The notes beneath the pieces were generated by a model, which made no database searches, had not been told where the DNA came from, and saw only the letters and a program-made list of their open reading frames with translations. A DNA stretch of 64,000 bases from a virus, in the IMG/VR virus record IMGVR_UViG_3300044796_000229, positions 7,662 to 71,661 of that record; one strand, written 5' to 3'. Every line of letters begins with the position of its first letter. Positions within the stretch are counted from its first letter, which is position 1. Made by a program: the position numbers and the translations under genes. This document shows, piece by piece, positions 57,963 to 64,000 of this stretch.

Positions 57963-58379
57963 TCACAGCCTTCGCACTCCGCCAGCAATAATCCCCATGG
58001 CCTTTATGAAAAATCCCCGTTCCTGCGGCGTCAGTTTCGCCATCAAATCGACTTCGGCGTTCCAAAGCGGTGTTTCGGCCTTACGCGCGGCCTTGCGGCC
58101 CATAATCGTGATGGTGGCGCGCATCCGCCGTGCATCGCGTTCGTCCCGCTCAATCTTCACAAGCCCTTCGCGGGCAAGCCTTTTGACCATTTCGCTCATG
58201 CTGGAACGGTCGATTCCTGTAGCTTCGACAAGTTGCCAGAGGAATTTCGGTCCTTCGGTTCGCAGCACATCCAAAACCGCGAATTGCGGGATTGTCAGTC
58301 CTTTGGGATGGGCGGTCGAATAGATGGCGGCAAGCGCCTGATTCGTCCGTCGCACAAGTTCGGCTGGCCGCGCTGTCAT
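57963..58379 (-). CDS. MarR-family transcriptional regulator
   Basis: GLTIPQFAVL...TGIDRSSMSEMVKRLAREGLV...DERDARR....T..G. Confidence 0.9.
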   Translation of the reverse strand: MTARPAELVRRTNQALAAIYSTAHPKGLTIPQFAVLDVLRTEGPKFLWQLVEATGIDRSSMSEMVKRLAREGLVKIERDERDARRMRATITIMGRKAARKAETPLWNAEVDLMAKLTPQERGFFIKAMGIIAGGVRRL

Positions 58380-58486
58380 GCTGAAAACATTGGAAAATTG
58401 ATCATTTTGCCCTATCGGGAAGATTGCGCTTTGTGAGCGCTACGGGGGCACCTTACGCAAATCCTGCGTTATTCCGCAAGCGAAAT

Positions 58487-58529
58487 ATCTTTACCCACGT
58501 AAAATGCATGCCTATATTTTGGTAAAGAT
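58487..58529. promoter_or_regulatory. Divergent control region with TTTAC-N4-GTAAA operator (copy 2) inside a larger inverted repeat
   Basis: tttac ccac gtaaa at 58490-58503; atctttacc...ggtaaagat. Confidence 0.55.
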
Positions 58530-58547
58530 GATTCGCAAGAGGCTGAA

Positions 58548-58769
58548 ATGGCGCATTACACAACTCTCATCCAACGGTGCCGCCAAACCAATTCGTTACT
58601 GGCAGATGAACTCGATAGAGAATTCCTGCGCATGGAGAACAATCTAGGCAGTGAGCGCGATGCTCGCCATCGGATCGAAGATGCTCTGCGGCAGAAAGAT
58701 GCAGCCATGGACATTCTGTTTGGCCGTCTGCGCGATGCCGGCGTCGATTTTTCCGATCTCATTCCGTAG
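58548..58769 (+). CDS. Hypothetical protein
   Basis: RBS gagg; 73 aa. Confidence 0.6.
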   Translation: MAHYTTLIQRCRQTNSLLADELDREFLRMENNLGSERDARHRIEDALRQKDAAMDILFGRLRDAGVDFSDLIP

Positions 58770-58806
58770 CTGGACATTCCCAACTTAAACCCAAGGAGAC
58801 CAAAAC

Positions 58807-58992
58807 ATGACACCATTGGAAAAACGCAAAGCAGATCGCGCGGCAGCAAAACCGGAGGTGCTTCGGCTCGTCAAAAAATATGGTCGCGCTACTGTGGCTA
58901 ATATTCTTTCCGGTATGCGTGAAAAAGAGAAGGCCGCCAAAAAGATTGCTGCCCTCAAGCGTGAAATGGCTGAACTTGAAAAGCGCATTTAG
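58807..58992 (+). CDS. Small basic coiled-coil protein
   Basis: RBS aaggag. Confidence 0.65.
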   Translation: MTPLEKRKADRAAAKPEVLRLVKKYGRATVANILSGMREKEKAAKKIAALKREMAELEKRI

Positions 58993-58994
58993 CT

Positions 58995-59223
58995 ATGACG
59001 CCTGAAGAAGCCTTGAAAATGGCCGTGAAGATCGTTGGTGGGCGGCACGGCTCTAGCTAAACAGATCGGCGCGAGCAAGCAGCAAATCTGCCAGTGGAAA
59101 ACGGTGCCGGACAAATGGGTCATCCCGGTTGCGGATGCTGTCCGGCGCACCAAGGAATCGCTGAAACGCATTCCAACAGAACACGATCTTCGCCCCGATC
59201 TTTATCCGCGTCGGCGCAAATGA
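58995..59223 (+). pseudogene. Cro/YdaS-like regulator with a +1 frameshift at 59040-59042 (or a sequencing error)
   Basis: MTPEEALKMAVKIVG joins GGTALAKQIGASKQQICQWKTVP...HDLRPDLYP if one G is removed. Confidence 0.7.
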
Positions 59224-59319
59224 ATGCCTTCGCTCTTCGACAAATTCCGCGCGGCCGGTCAGTCCGCAGCGGGAAAACTGCGCAACCTGACCTCAATCGT
59301 ACAAAAGGATAATTTCGAC

Positions 59320-59724
59320 ATGGCCGAAAAAGTAACTACCGATCCAGACAAGCCGAAAAAGGGCCGCAAAGAAAAACGCGAACGCGGCATGGGCGACAAC
59401 ATCATTGAAGTCCGCCGCAAAGCCGAACCGCTGATGCAGAAATTGCTTGCTCTCCAGAAAGACATGGACAGCGACATGGGCGGTTATAAGGCTGATTTCA
59501 AAAAGCTGTATGAAGACGGCGCCAATGACATCGGTTGCAGCCGCAAGACGTTGCGCAAGGAATTCCGGCGTTTGCTGGCTGCAATGCGCGCGGAAGAAGA
59601 AGAGATGCAGCTGGAACAGGATGAGCGCGACGAAATCGAAACCTTGCGCGCGGCGTTCGCCGGCACAGAATTCGAGCGTTACATCGAAGGCAAACTGGCA
59701 AAACCGCCACGGACGCCAAAGTAA
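59320..59724 (+). CDS. GapR (DUF2312)-like nucleoid-associated protein
   Basis: GMGDN, KADFKKLYEDG...G..RKTLR, ERDE.ETLRAA pattern; could start at 59224. Confidence 0.5.
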   Translation: MAEKVTTDPDKPKKGRKEKRERGMGDNIIEVRRKAEPLMQKLLALQKDMDSDMGGYKADFKKLYEDGANDIGCSRKTLRKEFRRLLAAMRAEEEEMQLEQDERDEIETLRAAFAGTEFERYIEGKLAKPPRTPK

Positions 59725-59725
59725 A

Positions 59726-60358
59726 ATGCGCGTTCTCGCAATCGACGCCGGTCTCACTTGTGGCTATGCGGCTCTCGGCGGCAACATGAAAGTTGTCTCC
59801 GGGAGCCGTGAGTTGCGGCGCGATGGCGATAACCGCGGCGTCACGGCACGGCATTTCGATCAAATCTTGCGAAGCCTTATCTGCGATCAAAAGCCTACCG
59901 TGATTGCATTTGCCACTCCGTTTGTCGGTTCGATTCGCGGCAAACCGTTCATTCTCAACGGCCGCAAAATATGGCCTTCCGCCAGGCCCGTCGATCCAAA
60001 GGCGTTACGGCCCCTAATGGGCATCATTTGGCATATCGAAGCCGTAGCGGATGAACTTCATTTGCGCTGCACCGAATGGGACGAATCCACAGCAAGGCGC
60101 GCTTTCCTGACGAAAGTACCGCGCAAGTCGAAAGACATCAAAGCTGCGGTGATCCGTGCATGCCGTCAGCGTGGCTGGCCCGCTTGTGATGATCACGCCG
60201 CGGATGCTTTGGTGATCGCGAGTTATGTGCTGGAAGTTCTTGAACCACATAGCGCACATCTGACCACACCGCTTTTTCAAGGAGAATCTCATGCGATGGA
60301 CAAGCGAGATGCGCGGCGAATTGGAAAGCCGGTGGTTCGCAAAACAAAAGCCCCGTGA
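59726..60358 (+). CDS. RuvC-like Holliday junction resolvase
   Basis: MRVLAIDAG..CGYA, ARRAFL, DDHAADAL. Confidence 0.75.
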   Translation: MRVLAIDAGLTCGYAALGGNMKVVSGSRELRRDGDNRGVTARHFDQILRSLICDQKPTVIAFATPFVGSIRGKPFILNGRKIWPSARPVDPKALRPLMGIIWHIEAVADELHLRCTEWDESTARRAFLTKVPRKSKDIKAAVIRACRQRGWPACDDHAADALVIASYVLEVLEPHSAHLTTPLFQGESHAMDKRDARRIGKPVVRKTKAP

Positions 60359-61115
60359 GATACGCTCCGCAATGGGCCTCACAACAGGTCAGCTTAATGG
60401 CGCGATTACCCGATATAATCTCCACTGGAACGGTCGCAAACGCGGACATGTACGTGAGGATCATGCGGCATTCATCGAAGGGCGCACGCTCTTTCCGCGC
60501 CAAGTTTTGCGCGGCGTCACCCACCTGCGCCCTGGACATCATTCGGTGAAACTCGGCCGATGCGTTGTCAAAGGGCGCTGGAAAGGCATGCCGATCTATA
60601 CGCTGACACTGGAAGAGCGCAAAACTTGTCCCCGCGACTGTGTTCTTTGGAAAGGCTGCTACGGAAATTCTATGCAATGGGCCAAACGATCTCCGCATGG
60701 TTCGCAATTCGAGCGCGAACTTTGGGCCGAACTTCACGCCCTCAATCGTAAACATCGGCGCGGCTTTGTCGTGCGCCTTCATGTGCTCGGCGATTTCTAT
60801 TCAGTCGCCTATGTCGATCTATGGGAAGCGGCTCTTGATCATTTCGAAAACCTGAATGTCTTCGGTTATACGGCGCGACAAACATCAACAGCTATCGGGG
60901 CAGCGGTACAGCGACTTTGCGAAAACCGGTGGGAACGCTTTAGCATTCGCACATCGGGAGCGCAGAAAGGCACGCGCACGCTGGTCATTGATAATGTTGA
61001 AGATTGTCCGCCAAACGCAATCGTTTGCCCAGCACAAACTGGAAAAACAAGGTCATGCGGCACATGCGGCCTTTGCTGGCATTCAAAACGTCCCGTCGCA
61101 TTTCTCAGGCATTGA
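60291..61115 (+). CDS. GcrA-like HTH fused to a Gp88-like Cys-rich domain
   Basis: WT.E....L...W......EI...MG.T.....G...R; TCP..C....CY, VRLHVLGDF, GYT, CPAQ...C..CGLCW. Confidence 0.65.
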   Translation: MRWTSEMRGELESRWFAKQKPREIRSAMGLTTGQLNGAITRYNLHWNGRKRGHVREDHAAFIEGRTLFPRQVLRGVTHLRPGHHSVKLGRCVVKGRWKGMPIYTLTLEERKTCPRDCVLWKGCYGNSMQWAKRSPHGSQFERELWAELHALNRKHRRGFVVRLHVLGDFYSVAYVDLWEAALDHFENLNVFGYTARQTSTAIGAAVQRLCENRWERFSIRTSGAQKGTRTLVIDNVEDCPPNAIVCPAQTGKTRSCGTCGLCWHSKRPVAFLRH

Positions 61116-61119
61116 ACCA

Positions 61120-61347
61120 ATGCCCCGTCCTAATTCCTACAAAGGGTTACGCAAGTACGGAATGCGATCTTACCGTGTTGACGGCCCGCGTGGTACATGG
61201 CTGATTGAACGACAAAGAAAATGGCGCTGGGTTGTTACGCCGAAAGATTGGGTTCGGGATCCGAAGGGAGTTTTTTTCTGCATGCGGTTTCCAAGGCTAT
61301 ATCTGGCAAGGGCACATGCGGAACGGCAGGCGGGAGTGAAGATGTGA
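61120..61347 (+). CDS. Hypothetical protein
   Basis: Fills the gap; GTGA overlap with the methyltransferase gene. Confidence 0.55.
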   Translation: MPRPNSYKGLRKYGMRSYRVDGPRGTWLIERQRKWRWVVTPKDWVRDPKGVFFCMRFPRLYLARAHAERQAGVKM

Positions 61348-62015
61348 CGGCGTCGGCACGCGGGCTCTTCAGGGCGACAGGCAAGAAATCAAAACCGGTT
61401 GTGCAGCGTGACCTAGATGGAAGTTATCAGCGCGTCGAACATCTGGAGCGTGAGCCGCAAGAATTCTACCCGACACCGCCAGAACCGACGCGCGCGATTC
61501 TGCATGCGAAGATTGATCGGCTGCGAGAATTCGATGGCGTCTGGGAGCCTGCATGCGGTAATGGCGCGATGGTGCGCGAATGCAAAACCGTCGGCCTTAC
61601 GACGTTCGCCAGTGATCTTGTGCAGCGTGGCGCGGCAAAGACAGTGCGCGACTTTTACGACTTCAAGGTTGCCGCCTTTCCGGCCATCCTGACGAATCCA
61701 CCCTTCGATCAATGCGGTTGGAGAAACGGCAAAGCGCGGTGGCTATATCACGCCCTTGATGTATTGAACGTCGAATACATGGCGTTATTGCTGAATTGGA
61801 ATTTTCCCGGCGCTGGTGGTCTCGGTCCATTCTGGGCTAAATATCCGCCAGCTCGCGTTTATCTCATGCGGTGGAAGATCGATTTCACGGGCCAAGGCGC
61901 ACCGCCGATGCTCAATGCTTGGTTTGTTTGGGACCGCAAATACAAGGGCGAAACTGTGCTGCGAATGCTGGACCGCATGGACGCGCGGCAATCCGAGTTA
62001 TTCACATCTGATTAA
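61344..62015 (+). CDS. DNA amino-methyltransferase (N6-adenine type)
   Basis: FYPTP, WEPACGNG (motif I), ILTNPPF (motif IV), AWFVW. Confidence 0.85.
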   Translation: MTASARGLFRATGKKSKPVVQRDLDGSYQRVEHLEREPQEFYPTPPEPTRAILHAKIDRLREFDGVWEPACGNGAMVRECKTVGLTTFASDLVQRGAAKTVRDFYDFKVAAFPAILTNPPFDQCGWRNGKARWLYHALDVLNVEYMALLLNWNFPGAGGLGPFWAKYPPARVYLMRWKIDFTGQGAPPMLNAWFVWDRKYKGETVLRMLDRMDARQSELFTSD

Positions 62016-62060
62016 TCTTTTTTCGCTTGCCAATTTTTGCAATTCACGTCATCAAAACTG

Positions 62061-62167
62061 CGTCAGGGTCGTGTTGCAAAGCGCCTGACGGAATGAGAAT
62101 TCCGGCCGGTCGGTAGCCACCCAGCCCTCCGGTCGGTCGGGGTTCCTCAAAGAAAGGCTGGGAGAAC
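62061..62167 (+). promoter_or_regulatory. Structured leader with anti-RBS loop
   Basis: cgtcagg/cctgacg hairpin; 12-bp hairpin 62102-62140 whose loop cccagcc is complementary to ggctggg at the RBS. Confidence 0.45.
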
Positions 62168-62341
62168 ATGACATCCAAACAAATTGACGGATCTATTGCG
62201 CGCCGAGGGATGCCGAACGGTTTGCTTGAGGCGCTGGATCGGCTTGCGCACGCACTGAGACATCGTCCCGCATCGGATATTCTTGCCGGTGATCGTGGCA
62301 TTCCAGCATCGGATTGGAAGCCTTGGTGGATTGAGCGGTGA
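62168..62341 (+). CDS. Small leader ORF (57 aa) coupled to dnaB
   Basis: RBS ggag; its stop overlaps the dnaB start. Confidence 0.5.
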   Translation: MTSKQIDGSIARRGMPNGLLEALDRLAHALRHRPASDILAGDRGIPASDWKPWWIER

Positions 62342-63825
62342 TGGAACAGGAAGCTTATAGACATGTTCCCTATGACATCGAAATTGAGCAGGCAGTTTTG
62401 GGAAGCTTGCTAGTCGATAATTCTATAATAGACGTGATCGCAACGGATCTTGAACATTTCCACTTTTATGATCCGCTGCACGCGCGCATTTACGATATGA
62501 TGCTGGTCCTCATTCTTGAAGGCAATGTCACGCCGCTCGTTTTGCATGCTGTGATGAAGGCCGATCCGGGGCTTCAGGAAGTTGGTGGTTACACCTATCT
62601 CGCCGATCTGGCGCAATCCGCACCGGCGATGCCAAACATTCTCGATTACGCGCGCATATTGGTAGAATTGGCAACGCGGCGTGGATTGATCCGAATTGGC
62701 GAAGATTTGGTCAATGCAGCTTACGAACAACCGCATGAAATGCCGGCCAAACGCATTTCGGAGCAAACCACAGAAGCATTGCTGAATCTCGGTCGCGCTA
62801 CGGCCAAACCAATTATGTCCGCCTACGACATTGCGATGGAAAGCCTGAAGGAAGTTGAGGCTGTCGCAATTGGAAAACCTGTACCGATGGTTAAAACTGG
62901 TTTGCGCAAGTTGGATGAAGAGATAGGCGGCTTGCGCGGCGGTGATATGATTGTGATCGCTGGCAAAAGTGGAATGGGAAAAACCGCACTTCTCGGTTCC
63001 GTTTGCCTCAACACAGCGCGTGCTGAAATTCCTACAATCGTATTCTCCCTCGAAATGATGCGCCGCCAATGGGTTGAGCGTATGGTATGCGACCTGGATT
63101 TTGATACCGCTACAAAGCCACTATGGTATTCGCGGGTGCGTAATGCGCGGATCAACAATGAAGAAATTTTCCGATTTGGAAATGCCATGCAGGCGCTCCA
63201 CGGATTGCCGTTTGAAATCCACGATGAGGATGACCTGACAATACAGCAGATTACGGCGCGAGCGCGAGCATTCGCTTCCAAGCACCGTGGACAACTCGGT
63301 ATCGTGGCAATCGACTATTTGCAGATCGTTAGCGCCACCGATCCCCGCGGGCAGAACAGGGAGCAAGTCGTGGCATCAATCGCGCGCGGTGTGAAATCTT
63401 TGGCAAAACGCCTTGGCTGGCCGGTCATGGTAGGATCGCAGATGAACGAAAACGATATGGCCCGCGGCAAGGAAGAAAAGAGACCGCAGTTGGCAGATCT
63501 TCGCGAATCCAAAGCCATCGGAAACGAAGCTGATTTGGTGCTATCGCCATCTCGGCCGGCCTACTTCGTCGAAAACCGAAAGCCCACCGATGCGCTTCCC
63601 GGCGATCCGGCATGGCTGGCATGGAAGGGCGAACTTGCCGCCTGCGCAAATCGGATGGAATTGCTGGCACTCAAGAACCGTCATGGACGCCGGTTCGATC
63701 TGGAGCTTTATTGCGACATGGGAGCGAGCGCAATCCGTGATGAAGCGCCTTACCGCCCAACCCTAGCACAAGCACAATCCGATCAACACGCCGCCGATCT
63801 GCTGGAATATGGAGCGGGACGGTGA
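62338..63825 (+). CDS. dnaB: Replicative DNA helicase
   Basis: E.EQAVLG, GKSGMGKT, FSLEM, IDYLQ, SQMN, PQLADLRES..I..EAD, KNRHG. Confidence 0.95.
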   Translation: MMEQEAYRHVPYDIEIEQAVLGSLLVDNSIIDVIATDLEHFHFYDPLHARIYDMMLVLILEGNVTPLVLHAVMKADPGLQEVGGYTYLADLAQSAPAMPNILDYARILVELATRRGLIRIGEDLVNAAYEQPHEMPAKRISEQTTEALLNLGRATAKPIMSAYDIAMESLKEVEAVAIGKPVPMVKTGLRKLDEEIGGLRGGDMIVIAGKSGMGKTALLGSVCLNTARAEIPTIVFSLEMMRRQWVERMVCDLDFDTATKPLWYSRVRNARINNEEIFRFGNAMQALHGLPFEIHDEDDLTIQQITARARAFASKHRGQLGIVAIDYLQIVSATDPRGQNREQVVASIARGVKSLAKRLGWPVMVGSQMNENDMARGKEEKRPQLADLRESKAIGNEADLVLSPSRPAYFVENRKPTDALPGDPAWLAWKGELAACANRMELLALKNRHGRRFDLELYCDMGASAIRDEAPYRPTLAQAQSDQHAADLLEYGAGR

Positions 63826-64000
63826 CCCGCCAACCCCTCCCCAACTGGCGCCGCAGCGAAACCCACGTTGTCCAGCACGGCAATCACGAATTCCTAGTTG
63901 GATTTGGCTTTGGCGAGGATGGCCGCGTGATGGAAGTCTTTTGCTCCAGCGGGAAAACTGGCGTGGACATGACGGCGCTGGTTACGGACGCATGTATCTT
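63822..64000 (+). CDS. TSCPD-like domain protein (class II RNR C-terminal-like), truncated by the window end
   Basis: R.PLPN.R.S.T...DGRVMEVF..SGK.G.D. Confidence 0.55.
   Translation, partial: MTRQPLPNWRRSETHVVQHGNHEFLVGFGFGEDGRVMEVFCSSGKTGVDMTALVTDACI

Overview
This window is most of a tailed dsDNA phage (or prophage/phage-plasmid) genome with a contractile tail. It most likely infects an alphaproteobacterium, judged from GcrA-like and GapR-like genes and a chromosomal-type parS. Layout: (1) accessory region 1-8.4 kb with two tandem-repeat proteins, an HNH, an XRE regulator, a tRNA-like element and parS; (2) a long + strand late operon (terS, terL, DUF1073-type portal, head, NUDIX-protease/scaffold, capsid, neck, sheath, tube, tape measure, baseplate, fibres, lysis; 8.5-41.2 kb) interrupted by two GIY-YIG/NUMOD3 endonuclease genes with structured RNA leaders; (3) a - strand early region (42.7-58.4 kb) with HNH, TnpB, a HerA/FtsK-like ATPase, a recombinase-like protein, a 5'-3' exonuclease and a MarR regulator; (4) a + strand replication block (Cro-like, GapR-like, RuvC-like, GcrA fusion, methyltransferase, DnaB). 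No integrase, ParA/ParB, reverse transcriptase or CRISPR array was seen. Most notable: a TerL with two tandem nuclease domains (the second apparently dead), an operon-embedded TnpB with a rearranged active site and no visible IS ends, an adjacent ATPase cassette bounded by 15-bp direct repeats, a free-standing paralog of the tail-fibre tip in the early region, a tailspike-like protein with a Sec-type signal peptide, a host-type parS without par genes, and a multi-hairpin ncRNA candidate. Several single-base frameshifts in short homopolymers suggest sequencing noise or decay, so frame-dependent claims need checking. All family assignments are from motif recognition by eye, not database searches.
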